Below are positions 18,010-27,486 of a stretch of 64,000 nucleotides of DNA, one piece after another. This DNA is from Verrucomicrobiota bacterium (GTDB lineage: Bacteria; Verrucomicrobiota; Verrucomicrobiia; Chthoniobacterales; Terrimicrobiaceae), in NCBI GenBank assembly GCA_039797215.1, contig JBDKIG010000001.1:6050-70049 (forward strand), written 5' to 3'. The notes beneath the pieces were generated by a model that saw nothing but the letters and a program-made list of their open reading frames with translations, was not told the origin of the DNA and did not search any database. Position 1 is the stretch's first letter, and each line of letters starts with the position of its first letter. The translations under genes were made by a program, and so were the position numbers.

Positions 18010-19206
18010 CTAGCGTTGAGAGTAGTGCTTGACCAGCCCCTCCACAACGGCGTCGGCGTATTCCTTGTAAATGCTCTTTCGCATCGTGCCAGCGACCTTT
18101 TTTGTGCCGTCGTAGTCACCGGCCTGCACACGGGTGAAAACCTCGCGCGAGTTCATCACATAGGGCTCGGCGTAGACGACGGGACACTCGAAGAGCCGGT
18201 TCGCAAGGAGGTTTCTCGCCCAAATGTAATCGCTGCCAGGAATGCGAACCTCGCCGCCTTGATAGATATAAGGGGGTAAGCCGGTGTTTTTGAGGGTGGT
18301 TTTTGCGAGCGCTTTCGAGACCGCCACTTCCTCGTTGTGCGAGCCGTTGAGGAGCTTTACCAACATCTCGAACCGCTGGTCCTCATAGGCGAGTTCCTTT
18401 TTGCTCCAGCCGCCGGTCACGAGGAAATGGGCGTGATTTTTGTTGATCAGCGAGGGTTTGGCGGGATTGCCCCAGGCCTCGGCGTTGAAATGCAGCGCGA
18501 GGACGAGGTCGGGCTTGATCGAGTCATTAACGAGCACCGCGCGCCGACGGATCTCGGCGGTGCGGTAGAAGAGCCGCTCGCTTTCCTTGGTGATCGCGAA
18601 GGCAGTCGCCTTGTCGCCTTTCTCGCGGAGGGATTCGACGGCCAACTTCCGAAGGGCGTCCGGGCGGCGGCTGGTGATCGGCTCAGAGCCGGAACGGGTC
18701 AGCCAAACCTGCGCACCGAGAGCCTCCAATCGTGGCTTGAGAAGTTTTGCCACACGCAGGGTCATGTCCCCCTCGGCGACGGGCTTGGAGTCCCCGATCT
18801 GGAACCAGCGCTCCTCCATTTTCGCCCACTTGCCGCCGATATGGCCGGGGTCGATCGCGATTTTCACGCCGGCGAGTGGCTTGCCAGAATCCTTTGGAAT
18901 TGCCGAGGACGGGCGCCAGTATCGCGCGGGCGAAACCTGTGATTTGGTGAAGCGAAGCAAATAGGGTGGTTTGCCCGGCGCGGTCTGAATTTTCGCCATC
19001 GTGGGCGTGACGGCAATCAACCCGACCGCCGCATCGCCGGGGGCGTAAACATTCGCGAGCAATTCAATAAACCGCTCGCGCGTGATGGTCTCCTGAAACT
19101 TGTCGAGTTCCGACCAATCCGGCCGGTTGCCGAGCGGCGTGGTTTTCGCAAAGGCTGGGTGAACCAGCCCCGCGAGAAAGAAAAGGATCAACGTAAGAAT
19201 TCGCAC
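18010..19206 (-). CDS. N-acetylmuramoyl-L-alanine amidase (Amidase_3-like) with signal peptide
   Basis: It has a signal peptide (MRILTLILFFLAGLVHPAFA), IAIDPGHIGG, and LALHFNA, which is typical of AmiA/B/C-type amidases. Confidence 0.8.
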   Translation of the reverse strand: MRILTLILFFLAGLVHPAFAKTTPLGNRPDWSELDKFQETITRERFIELLANVYAPGDAAVGLIAVTPTMAKIQTAPGKPPYLLRFTKSQVSPARYWRPSSAIPKDSGKPLAGVKIAIDPGHIGGKWAKMEERWFQIGDSKPVAEGDMTLRVAKLLKPRLEALGAQVWLTRSGSEPITSRRPDALRKLAVESLREKGDKATAFAITKESERLFYRTAEIRRRAVLVNDSIKPDLVLALHFNAEAWGNPAKPSLINKNHAHFLVTGGWSKKELAYEDQRFEMLVKLLNGSHNEEVAVSKALAKTTLKNTGLPPYIYQGGEVRIPGSDYIWARNLLANRLFECPVVYAEPYVMNSREVFTRVQAGDYDGTKKVAGTMRKSIYKEYADAVVEGLVKHYSQR

Positions 19207-19253
19207 TCGGTTTTTTTAAATGCGTTCACGGCCGGTTGCTATAAAAAGGATCG

Positions 19254-20045
19254 ATGATCCGACTTCTTTTTCTGGGTGACATTGTTGGCGAACCGGGGCG
19301 CACGGCTGCCAAAAAAGTCGTCACCGCCATGCTCGCCGACAACGCCGTCGATTTTGTGGTGGTGAATGGTGAAAACGCCGCCCATGGCCGCGGGATCACC
19401 CCGAAAATCGCGATCGACCTACTCCGCGCGGGCGTCGCTGTGATCACGACAGGCGACCATGTTTGGGATCAAAAGGAGACCGCACCCTACCTCCCCACCG
19501 AGCCCAGAGTGTTGCGTCCCGTGAACTACCCGCCGGGCGCACCGGGCCAGGGAAGCATCGTGCTCGATACCGCCAAAGGGCCGATCGCCGTAATGAATGT
19601 GCAATGCCGCACTTTCATGAATCAGCAGCTCGACAATCCCTTCACCTGCGCGATGCAGGAGGTTGAGCGCCTGCGCGCCGAAACTCCCGTGATTTTCGTG
19701 GATGTCCACGGCGAAACGACCAGCGAAAAAACCGCGATGGCCCGCCACCTGGACGGCAAAGTCTCGGCGGTCGTGGGAACCCACACGCATGTCCAAACCG
19801 CCGACGAACGCATCCTCCCCGGCGGAACCGCGTTCCTCTGCGACGCCGGAATGTGCGGCCCGCTCGACTCGATCCTTGGCCGGAAGGCGGACGCCGTTGT
19901 GCAAAAATTCCTCGACGCCCTCCCCTCGCAATTCCCCATCGCCCGAGGTCCTGTGCAGGTTTGCGGGGCCTTGATTGAGATCGATCCCGCAACCGGCCGA
20001 GCCGCCTCGATCTTCCGCTTCCGACAGGTGCTCGACGAGGCCTAA
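19254..20045 (+). CDS. YmdB-like (TIGR00282) metallophosphoesterase
   Basis: MIRLLFLGDIVGEPGR ... VVNGENAAHGRGIT ... GTHTHVQTADERIL; these are characteristic YmdB-family motifs. Confidence 0.85.
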   Translation: MIRLLFLGDIVGEPGRTAAKKVVTAMLADNAVDFVVVNGENAAHGRGITPKIAIDLLRAGVAVITTGDHVWDQKETAPYLPTEPRVLRPVNYPPGAPGQGSIVLDTAKGPIAVMNVQCRTFMNQQLDNPFTCAMQEVERLRAETPVIFVDVHGETTSEKTAMARHLDGKVSAVVGTHTHVQTADERILPGGTAFLCDAGMCGPLDSILGRKADAVVQKFLDALPSQFPIARGPVQVCGALIEIDPATGRAASIFRFRQVLDEA

Positions 20046-21406
20046 TGGCGAGATCCAGCACCCTTCAGGAACTCCACCGCGAGAACCGCCACACGCTCGC
20101 CCTGGCTTTTCCGATCGTCGCCGGGCTGGTCGGCCAAATGCTCATGGGACTCGCGGATACCCTCATGGTTGGCCATGTTGGCACAGTCCCCCTCGCCGCC
20201 TGCGGTTTTGCGAACACCCTTCTCGCCGTGCCGCTGGTCTTCGGCTTCGGCGTTCTTGCCGGAGTGAGCGTGAACGCCTCGCACGCCTTCGGAGCCGGCA
20301 AGCCGCATCTCGCCGGTGAAAGTCTCCGCGGCGGCCTTGCCATTGCGCTGGTGATGGGTTTGCTCGTCGCCCTCGCAGCCCACGCGCTCCTACGTTTCCT
20401 CCCGATCTTCGGTCAACAGCCAGAGGTAAATTCCACGGCAGGGAATTACCTTCTGCTCTGCGCGTGGTCGATGCCCGCTGTCTTCGCGACAGGAACGGCG
20501 AAAAATTTCTGCGAAGCCCTCGCGCGACCCTGGCCACCCTTTTGGATCATGCTCGGCGGGGTTTTGCTGAATGTGTTTTTGAACTGGATTTTGATCTACG
20601 GAAACCTCGGCGCTCCCGCGATGGGTCTGGACGGCGCGGGACTCGCCACGCTCCTGAGCCGCATCGCCACGATGGTCGCCATGCTCCTCTACCCGGCCAT
20701 GGAATCGCGCCTCCATGCAGCCTGGCCCTCCAATTGGACTGCGCCCGGCTTATTGCCAGAAATCCAACGCCTGCTCGGAATCGGCATCCACTCGGGTGGG
20801 TTGAGCCTGTGCGAGGTCACGGGATTTTCCTTCGGGTCGCTCATGATGGGCTGGCTCGGAGTCACCGAACTGGCAGCCCATCAAATCGCCCTCACTTGCG
20901 CGGCAACGACCTTCATGGTTCCACTGGGAATCGGTCAGGCCGTGAGTGTCAGGGTCGGCCAGGCCCGAGGCGCGGGTCGGTTCGGGGAAATCCGTGCGAT
21001 TGTCCACGGCACGCTCGGCATGACGCTCGGGATCGCCGTTTTATTCGCAGCGGTTTATTTAACACTCGGCTCGTGGATCGCAGGGTGTTTCACGGACGAT
21101 CCAGCGGCGAGGGCATTGACCGCGCAACTACTCGTCCTCGCGGGAGTCTTTCAGGTTTTTGATGGAATCCAAATCGCCTCCTCCGGAGCGTTGCGAGGAT
21201 TTGGCGACACGAAGATTCCTTTCCTCTTTGGCATCCTCGCCTACTGGGTCGTTGCATTGCCGGTATCGCACCTCGCCGCCTTTCATTTTGGCTTGGGAGC
21301 CTCCGGAATCTGGATCGGATTTGTCGTGGGACTCGCCGTCGCCGCCGTCGCCCTCGCCACGCGCCTGCTGGCAAAATGCTCGGCACATCCCGAAACGCCC
21401 CGCTAG
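20045..21406 (+). CDS. MATE-family efflux transporter
   Basis: 453 aa, 12 TM segments, with the typical MATE N-terminus (LALAFPIVAGLVGQMLMGLADTLMVGHVG). Confidence 0.9.
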   Translation: MARSSTLQELHRENRHTLALAFPIVAGLVGQMLMGLADTLMVGHVGTVPLAACGFANTLLAVPLVFGFGVLAGVSVNASHAFGAGKPHLAGESLRGGLAIALVMGLLVALAAHALLRFLPIFGQQPEVNSTAGNYLLLCAWSMPAVFATGTAKNFCEALARPWPPFWIMLGGVLLNVFLNWILIYGNLGAPAMGLDGAGLATLLSRIATMVAMLLYPAMESRLHAAWPSNWTAPGLLPEIQRLLGIGIHSGGLSLCEVTGFSFGSLMMGWLGVTELAAHQIALTCAATTFMVPLGIGQAVSVRVGQARGAGRFGEIRAIVHGTLGMTLGIAVLFAAVYLTLGSWIAGCFTDDPAARALTAQLLVLAGVFQVFDGIQIASSGALRGFGDTKIPFLFGILAYWVVALPVSHLAAFHFGLGASGIWIGFVVGLAVAAVALATRLLAKCSAHPETPR

Positions 21407-21421
21407 CATTCCCCGGATTCG

Positions 21422-22417
21422 ATGGACCAAGAAAAACTCCGCCAACTTCTCTGCGAACTCGGCACCGCGATCCGCTCGAAAGTCGTGTCGGCGCGCCAAG
21501 GCCTTTCGGCAGAAAAGCTCGCCGCCGTTACGGGCGATGCGGGAGGCGACACGATCTTCGCCATCGACCGCTTCGGCGAGGACGCGATCCTCGAGTGGTT
21601 CCGCTCCCGTTGGCCGGCCGACGAACCGGTCCAGATCGTCATGGAGGGCCTCGAGTCCGAACTCTGTTTTCCCGAGGGAAAATCCGCCGCCGAGACGAAA
21701 TTGAAATGCATCATCGACCCCATCGATGGCACTCGCGGGTTGATGTATGACAAGCGAAGCGCCTGGGCACTCGCGGCCATCGCGCCCCAGCGCGGCGAGG
21801 AAACCCGCCTCTCCCAAATCCTCGCCACAGCGATGACTGAGATTCCGATCACCAAGCAATGGCGCGCCGACCAATTCAGCGCCAGCCTCGACGGTCCGCT
21901 CGTTGCGACTTGGTGCGATTGGCGCGCCGGATCCGATCCCCAGCCGCTGCACCCCGAGCCATCGACCGCGCATTCCTTCGACCATGGATTCGCCTCGCTC
22001 GCGAAATTTTTTCCCGAAGGCCGCACGCTCACTGCTCAAATCGAGGAGCGCCTCTGGGACCAAATCCTCGGGCCGAACCGCTCCCGGTCGCCCGTGGTTT
22101 TCGACGACCAATACCTCTCCACCGCCGGGCAGTTCCACGAACTGATCACCGGCCGCGACCGCCTGGTCGGTGACATTCGCCCACTCGTCTTCCACGCGCT
22201 CGACCTGGATTCCTCCCTCGTTTGCCATCCCTACGACGCCTGCGCTTGGCTTCTTTTGAAAAAATCGGGCGTCGTTTTCGAGCATCCACTGGGAGGTTTT
22301 CCCGACGCCCCGCTCGACACCGAATCAGGAGTCGCCTGGATCGCCTACGCCAACGAAACCCTCGCCGCCAAGGCCCGCCCGGTCCTCCAAAAAATCCTCC
22401 GGGAGTTTCTGCCATGA
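21422..22417 (+). CDS. Inositol monophosphatase/FBPase-superfamily protein
   Basis: It has the metal-binding motif IIDPIDGTRG and a C-terminal (W/Y)D-type motif (HPYDACAW). At 331 aa it is longer than the classical SuhB. Confidence 0.75.
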   Translation: MDQEKLRQLLCELGTAIRSKVVSARQGLSAEKLAAVTGDAGGDTIFAIDRFGEDAILEWFRSRWPADEPVQIVMEGLESELCFPEGKSAAETKLKCIIDPIDGTRGLMYDKRSAWALAAIAPQRGEETRLSQILATAMTEIPITKQWRADQFSASLDGPLVATWCDWRAGSDPQPLHPEPSTAHSFDHGFASLAKFFPEGRTLTAQIEERLWDQILGPNRSRSPVVFDDQYLSTAGQFHELITGRDRLVGDIRPLVFHALDLDSSLVCHPYDACAWLLLKKSGVVFEHPLGGFPDAPLDTESGVAWIAYANETLAAKARPVLQKILREFLP

Positions 22418-23046
22418 CCCGCGAACGCCTCCTAGCCTTCCTCGGCGCAGCGATCCTCCGCGGGCTCTTCGCCACCCTGCGCCTTCGATTTGAGGACCGC
22501 TTCGGTCTTCTCACCGAAGCGACACCCAAGCCCTCCCTCTTCTGTTTTTGGCACAACCGAATGCTCGGAATCACTTTCGCTTTCGACCGTCTCTACCCGA
22601 AGAACCGCCTCGGCGTCACCGTGCTCACCAGCCCCAGCCGGGATGGCGAAATCCTCTCCCAACTCGTGGCTGCATTTGGCATGGGCTCAGTTCGCGGCTC
22701 GAGTTCACGCCGTGGTTCCCGAGCACTTCTGGAGCTCGTCCGACTCGTCCGACTCGGGCGCGACATTGCGATCACCCCCGACGGTCCCCGAGGCCCCAAA
22801 TACTCCCTCGGTCCCGGCGTCATCCTCCTCGCCCAAAACACCGGCACCCGCATCATCCCCATGCACGCGACATTCAGCCGCTGCATCCGGATGAAAACCT
22901 GGGACGGCTTCATCATCCCATTGCCGTTTTCCAAGGTGTCGGTCACTATCGCGGAGCCGCTGGAAATTCCGGAGAACCTCTCCGACGACGAATTTGAGGC
23001 AGCAAGAAATCAACTGGAGGAACTTCTAAAAAATGGTGCGGATTGA
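22414..23046 (+). CDS. DUF374-domain (lysophospholipid-acyltransferase-like) protein
   Basis: From the ATG at 22414 (ATGA overlap with the preceding stop): [17 protein letters not shown]...[10 protein letters not shown]...[10 protein letters not shown]...[10 protein letters not shown], the typical DUF374 pattern. Confidence 0.7.
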   Translation: MTRERLLAFLGAAILRGLFATLRLRFEDRFGLLTEATPKPSLFCFWHNRMLGITFAFDRLYPKNRLGVTVLTSPSRDGEILSQLVAAFGMGSVRGSSSRRGSRALLELVRLVRLGRDIAITPDGPRGPKYSLGPGVILLAQNTGTRIIPMHATFSRCIRMKTWDGFIIPLPFSKVSVTIAEPLEIPENLSDDEFEAARNQLEELLKNGAD

Positions 23047-23911
23047 TGGAGCGGCGGTGGCCGCCAAGGTGCTCGTGGAAACCAAACAACGCGTGGACGC
23101 CCTGCGCCAACGCGGCATCCAACCCGGCCTTGCCGTGGTGCTCGTGGGCGACGATCCCGCCTCCCGCGCGTATGTGCGCTCGAAGGACCGTAAAGCCGCG
23201 GAACTCGGCCTCCACTCGGTGAAGGAGGAACTCCCCGCCGACACCACACAGGAGCAACTCCTCGCCCTCGTCGAAAAACTCAACGCCGATCCGGCCGTCC
23301 ATGGCATCCTCGTCCAATCCCCACCCCCGCCGCAGATCGACGAGGCCGCGATCGTCCGCGCCATCGATCCCCGCAAGGATGTCGATGGTTTCCACCCCGT
23401 GAATGTCGCCAAGCTCGCGCTCGAGGATCCGACCGGATTTGTTCCCTGCACCCCGCTCGGTTGCATCCGCCTCCTTCAAGAAGCCGGCATCGAAACCGCT
23501 GGCAAAAACGCGGTCGTCGTGGGCCGGAGCATGATTGTGGGAAAACCCATGGCGCTCCTGCTCATGAAACGCGGCCCGGGCGGCGATGCCACCGTGACAG
23601 TCGCCCACTCGCGCACGAAAAACCTCGCCGCCGTCACCCGCGCGGCGGATATCGTGGTCGCCGCAATCGGGCGTCCCCATTTCCTCGGTTCCGACCACAT
23701 CCGCGAAGGCGCAGTGGTGATCGATGTCGGCATCAACCGCATCGACGATCCCTCGAATCCTAAAGGCTACCGCCTCGTCGGTGATGTGGACTACGACGCC
23801 GTAGCCGAACGCTGCGCCGCGATCACACCCGTTCCCGGAGGGGTCGGCCCCATGACGATCGCGATGTTGATGTCCAACTGCGTCACCGCCGCCGAACGCC
23901 TTTCGGCCTGA
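23033..23911 (+). CDS. folD: Bifunctional methylenetetrahydrofolate dehydrogenase/cyclohydrolase
   Basis: 292 aa with [39 protein letters not shown] and [10 protein letters not shown]. Confidence 0.95.
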   Translation: MVRIDGAAVAAKVLVETKQRVDALRQRGIQPGLAVVLVGDDPASRAYVRSKDRKAAELGLHSVKEELPADTTQEQLLALVEKLNADPAVHGILVQSPPPPQIDEAAIVRAIDPRKDVDGFHPVNVAKLALEDPTGFVPCTPLGCIRLLQEAGIETAGKNAVVVGRSMIVGKPMALLLMKRGPGGDATVTVAHSRTKNLAAVTRAADIVVAAIGRPHFLGSDHIREGAVVIDVGINRIDDPSNPKGYRLVGDVDYDAVAERCAAITPVPGGVGPMTIAMLMSNCVTAAERLSA

Positions 23912-23926
23912 GTAACAAGATTGTAG

Positions 23927-23945
23927 AACGGCCGGCCCGGCCGTT
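23927..23945 (+). terminator. Hairpin just downstream of folD
   Basis: AACGGCC-GGCCC-GGCCGTT (7-bp stem) sits 16 nt after the folD stop and is followed by a short T-run (TTTAT). The U-tract is weak. Confidence 0.4.
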
Positions 23946-23980
23946 TATACCAAAAGCAGCTTGCTTTTGGACTTTCTGAA

Positions 23981-24045
23981 TGTAGCGCGGGCGTCTCGCC
24001 TGCGAGCGTAAGCCGTTCGATGTCAGGCGAGACGCCTGACCTACA
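23981..24045. repeat. Long extragenic palindrome (13-bp perfect stem, 21-nt loop, flanked by TGTAG/CTACA)
   Basis: GGCGTCTCGCCTG (23990..24002) pairs with CAGGCGAGACGCC (24024..24036). The outer TGTAG/CTACA can extend the stem across a 4-nt mismatch. It lies in the convergent folD/TPR gap. Confidence 0.6.
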
Positions 24046-24115
24046 CAAGCACCTTCGAAAATCCACAACCTGGAAAATATTGGGATCACTCTTGGACCTC
24101 GGAACCGATCCTATA

Positions 24116-24134
24116 CACGGCCGAGACGGCCGTG
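24116..24134 (-). terminator. Hairpin downstream of the TPR gene
   Basis: CACGGCCG-AGA-CGGCCGTG (8-bp stem) lies about 47 nt after the minus-strand stop at 24181. It has no clear U-tract. Confidence 0.35.
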
Positions 24135-24180
24135 CCCCCATCTTTGGACTATTTTACGATGTCCTCGAAACCAGTCCGCC

Positions 24181-25596
24181 TCAGTAGGAACTCTCGACCC
24201 GCTTGGCGACATCGCGGTAGCCATAGTCGACTTCGTAGATTTGCTTCATGCAATCGACGGTCTTTTGGGCGTCGCCCATTTTTTCGTAAACAAGACCGAG
24301 GTTGTAGATGACATCTTTTTTGACGGCATCCATGACCAGAAGCTCGGAGACGGCGTCGGAGAGGGTCTTGGCGGCGAGGTCGAGCATGCCACGGGCGGTG
24401 AAGCATTGGCCGAGCAGGCTCATCGCGCGCATGCGGACATTCGGGTTTTGGCGGGCTTTTTGGAGTTCGGGAATCGCCTCCTGCCAGTTTTCGAGATCAA
24501 CGAGGATTTCGCCGAGTTCGAAGCGGAGTTGGAGGTCGGTGGGGTTTTGCTCCACGCGGGAACGGGCGGCCTCGAGGGCCAGGTCGGCGCGCTGTTTTTT
24601 CAAAGATACCAACTCGGCGGCGTAGCCTTCGGACTCGGGCGTGCCGGGATTCGCTTCGATGAATTGCTCGCGGGCCTCGATGGCTAGGTCGAACTGGCGG
24701 ATTTGCAAATCGGATGCTTTGCGAACGAGCGCCATGTCGGAATTGTTCGAGAGCGAGGCGGCGTAATTGAACCAGTTTGTGGCGTTCTCCCAATCCTCTC
24801 TTTGCTCGTGGAGTTCAGCGATTCGGCGGGCGGTATCGACGGTGCAATTTTCGCCCTCGGCTTCCGCCTTCGCGTGGAGTTCGGCAAGGAGGTTATCGAT
24901 CATCTCCTCGCTGCGAACGACGCGCGATTGCTGCTCGAGCGCGACGGCTTGATCCTTGTCCTTGATGAGGTCGCGGTAGGTGGATTCCGCCTTGTCCCAA
25001 CCGCCGGATTTCATCGAAGAGGCGGCGGCGGCATCCTTGGACCCTTTAATGGCCGCGAGGTCGTTCGGCGCGATGGCGAGAATACGTTGGTAAATATCGG
25101 CAGCCTTGGAGGGTTCAGAAAAATGCTTGTTTGGGTTCCCCATGTAGAGATCAGCAAGGCTGTGCATGACCTTTGTGTCTTTGGGGGTTCCCTCGAGGAT
25201 GGTTTCGAGGGCAAAGGCGGCAATATTGGGCAAGTTTGCAGCAAGGGCGGCGTCCTTGAGAAGCAGGTTGAGCTGGGGGTTGAGCGGCTCGGACTCGAGA
25301 CTTTTCTCGATGGCGTCGAGCGCGGCGATCGGGTCTTTTTTCAGCTGGGACTGGATTTTGATCGAACTGAAGGAGGCGACGGAAAGTCCGGAGAGGAGGC
25401 TTTTTTTCCCGGCGGTCTTGGCGATGGCGGACTTTCGCAGGAGTTGTCGCGCGGCGAGGAACTCGGGATGGCTCTTCAGGATCGTCTGGAGGAGTTGGAT
25501 GGCGTAGCCGTAATTCTTGAGCTGCATTGCGCTCATGGACTTCAGCCAATTCGCCCGGTGGAACTCGGGAAGGTCTTTTTCGGTTTTTACAGCCAT
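24181..25596 (-). CDS. Tetratricopeptide-repeat protein
   Basis: 471 aa, all-helical, with repeated A/Y/L-spaced TPR-like units (e.g. YNLGLVYEKMGDAQKTVDCMKQIYEVD). Confidence 0.8.
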   Translation of the reverse strand: MAVKTEKDLPEFHRANWLKSMSAMQLKNYGYAIQLLQTILKSHPEFLAARQLLRKSAIAKTAGKKSLLSGLSVASFSSIKIQSQLKKDPIAALDAIEKSLESEPLNPQLNLLLKDAALAANLPNIAAFALETILEGTPKDTKVMHSLADLYMGNPNKHFSEPSKAADIYQRILAIAPNDLAAIKGSKDAAAASSMKSGGWDKAESTYRDLIKDKDQAVALEQQSRVVRSEEMIDNLLAELHAKAEAEGENCTVDTARRIAELHEQREDWENATNWFNYAASLSNNSDMALVRKASDLQIRQFDLAIEAREQFIEANPGTPESEGYAAELVSLKKQRADLALEAARSRVEQNPTDLQLRFELGEILVDLENWQEAIPELQKARQNPNVRMRAMSLLGQCFTARGMLDLAAKTLSDAVSELLVMDAVKKDVIYNLGLVYEKMGDAQKTVDCMKQIYEVDYGYRDVAKRVESSY

Positions 25597-25645
25597 GCAA
25601 AAGGGAGGGGCACGATAGTCGCGGAAGGTTTCAACAGCAAGCGGG

Positions 25646-26458
25646 TCAGATCGTTTGCGAGAGGAATCCTCCGTCTACTCGAATGTCACTGCCGGTGACG
25701 AATGAACTGGCTTGCGGGCTGGCGAGGAAAACAACGACGCCAGCGAGTTCCTCGGCTTCGCCGAAACGGGCCATCGGGGTGTGGTCGAGAATGGCCTTGG
25801 CGCGCGGCGTGGTGGATCCGTCGGGATTGAAGAGGAGGCGGAGGTTTTGCTCGGCGGGGAAAAATCCGGGCGAGATAGAATTCACACGCACGCCGGTGGA
25901 GGCCCATTCGCGGGCGAGGAATTGGGTGAGATTGAGCACGGAAGCCTTCGCGGCGGAGTAGGCCACCACGCGGGAGAGGGGCAGGTGGCCGGAGGTGCTG
26001 GCGATATTGATCACACTGCCGCGCCCGGCATCGGCCATCGCTTGGCCGATGACTTGGCAGGGAATCAGCGCGCCGCCGAGCAGGTTCAGCTCGTAATTTT
26101 CCATCCAGTCATCCGCGGCAATTTCCGAAAAAGGGCTCTCAGGGGTCACCGTCACGCGGGGATCGTTTCCGCCAGCGGCATTCACCAACACGGAGGGGAT
26201 GCCGAAAGCCTGCGTGGCGGCGGAGAGGAGGTTCTCTACGCTCTCGCGGTCGGTGGCATCGGTCTCGACAAAAAAAGACTTTCCGCCGGCTTTCGCGATC
26301 TCGGCCACGCGGGCTTTGCCACGCTCGGCGCTGCGTCCGGCCACCACAACCTTGGCGCCGGAGGAGGCGAGAGCAAGAGCCATGCTTCCACCGAGAACAC
26401 CGGTGCCGCCGATGACAACAGCCACTTCTTCAGAGAGGTCGAACAGGTTCGTAGCCAT
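25646..26458 (-). CDS. SDR-family oxidoreductase
   Basis: From the ATG at 26458: VAVVIGGTGVLGGS (TGxxxGxG), NAAG, and YSAAK (YxxxK). The upstream in-frame extension in the ORF track has no support. Confidence 0.85.
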   Translation of the reverse strand: MATNLFDLSEEVAVVIGGTGVLGGSMALALASSGAKVVVAGRSAERGKARVAEIAKAGGKSFFVETDATDRESVENLLSAATQAFGIPSVLVNAAGGNDPRVTVTPESPFSEIAADDWMENYELNLLGGALIPCQVIGQAMADAGRGSVINIASTSGHLPLSRVVAYSAAKASVLNLTQFLAREWASTGVRVNSISPGFFPAEQNLRLLFNPDGSTTPRAKAILDHTPMARFGEAEELAGVVVFLASPQASSFVTGSDIRVDGGFLSQTI

Positions 26459-26549
26459 AGGGGCGCAGACTAAAAACCAATCACCTCCCTCCCGCACGGT
26501 TTTTTTTGGCTTCCGATGTCGATCGGCGGGAAGCAAAGTCGGACGTTCC

Positions 26550-27332
26550 ATGTTGAAAGACACCCAAAGCGAACGCGACCACCGGCGGATTCCGATCGAC
26601 CGCGTGGGGGTCAAGTCGCTCCGCTATCCCATGCAGGTCCGCGACAAGCACCACGCCGTCCAGAGCACCGTGGCGACCCTGCAAATGACAGTCGACCTGC
26701 CGCACCATTTCAAGGGCACGCACATGAGCCGCTTCATTGAGGTCCTCGCCGAGCACGGCCCGGTGATCCATGTGGCAAACATCCGCGACATCCTTGAAAA
26801 AATGGCCAAGCGCCTCGAGAGCGACTGCGCGCATTTCGATATCGAGTTTCCCTTTTTTCTGGAAAAAAAAGCGCCCGCAACCGGCTCGCCGGGATTGATG
26901 GACTACACCGTGCGATTCAATGCCACGCTCGCTGCGGGCAAGATCGATTTTATTGTCACGACCGTCGTGCCAGTGACCACGCTCTGCCCGTGCTCGAAAG
27001 CCATCAGCGCCGCCGGCGCGCACAACCAGCGCGGCCATGTGACCCTCTCCGTGCGCTGCAAAAAACCCATGTGGGTCGAGGACATGATCGTGCTCGCCGA
27101 GGAGTCCGCGAGCGCCGGCCTTTATAGTCTCTTGAAGCGACCAGATGAAAAACATGTCACCGAACTCGCCTACAACAACCCGGTGTTCGTCGAAGATCTT
27201 GTTCGGAATGTCGCGGTCCGCTGCGAGGAGGACGCGAACATTCTTTGGTATCGCGTGGAGGCGGAAAATTTCGAGTCGATCCACAACCACAACGCCTACG
27301 CCCAGATCGAAAAACACCTCATCACCGAATGA
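26550..27332 (+). CDS. folE2: GTP cyclohydrolase I type 2 (FolE2/MptA family)
   Basis: From the ATG at 26550: MLKDTQSERDHRRIPIDRVGVKSLRYPMQV...HFKGTHMSRF...LCPCSKAIS...AHNQRG, the characteristic FolE2 motifs. Confidence 0.88.
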   Translation: MLKDTQSERDHRRIPIDRVGVKSLRYPMQVRDKHHAVQSTVATLQMTVDLPHHFKGTHMSRFIEVLAEHGPVIHVANIRDILEKMAKRLESDCAHFDIEFPFFLEKKAPATGSPGLMDYTVRFNATLAAGKIDFIVTTVVPVTTLCPCSKAISAAGAHNQRGHVTLSVRCKKPMWVEDMIVLAEESASAGLYSLLKRPDEKHVTELAYNNPVFVEDLVRNVAVRCEEDANILWYRVEAENFESIHNHNAYAQIEKHLITE

Positions 27333-27397
27333 CCGCGCCGTTTTTTTTGCCGCTTGAAGCGCCCGGGTTTCCCGCTAGATTTTTGCCCACTTTCCTC

Positions 27398-27470
27398 GGG
27401 GGTATAGCTCAGTTGGTAGAGCGTCTCGTTCGCAATGAGAAGGCCAGGGGTTCGAATCCCCTTACCTCCA
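27398..27470 (+). tRNA. tRNA-Ala (anticodon CGC)
   Basis: Manual fold: acceptor GGGGGTA/TACCTCC with a G3:U70 pair, anticodon stem TCTCG/TGAGA with loop TTCGCAA (anticodon CGC), T-arm AGGGG-TTCGAAT-CCCCT. 73 nt; no CCA is encoded. Confidence 0.9.
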
Positions 27471-27486
27471 CTTTCCTAAACGCGGC

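Noticed and set aside
19207-19253. The strand switch (19 kb of minus-strand genes meeting plus-strand genes) as a possible replication origin.
   Set aside because: The gap is only 47 nt, there is no dnaA/dnaN, and I saw no cluster of DnaA boxes. I found only isolated 8-of-9 matches inside coding regions, near 11351 and 44789.
21128-22285. A 385-aa minus-strand ORF, with similar long antisense ORFs elsewhere (2635-3915, 8374-9660, 32784-34229, 42688-43851, 44338-46089, 54437-55459, 50082-50822).
   Set aside because: Each lies opposite a gene with strong family motifs (IMPase-like, tuf, accA, rbfA/nrnA/truB, the transglutaminase-like protein, tex, hldA, ileS). These are GC-driven shadow frames.
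26459-26549. A possible riboswitch or Zur box upstream of folE2.
   Set aside because: The 91-nt divergent gap shows no palindrome resembling a Zur/Fur box and no conserved riboswitch core that I can recognise.
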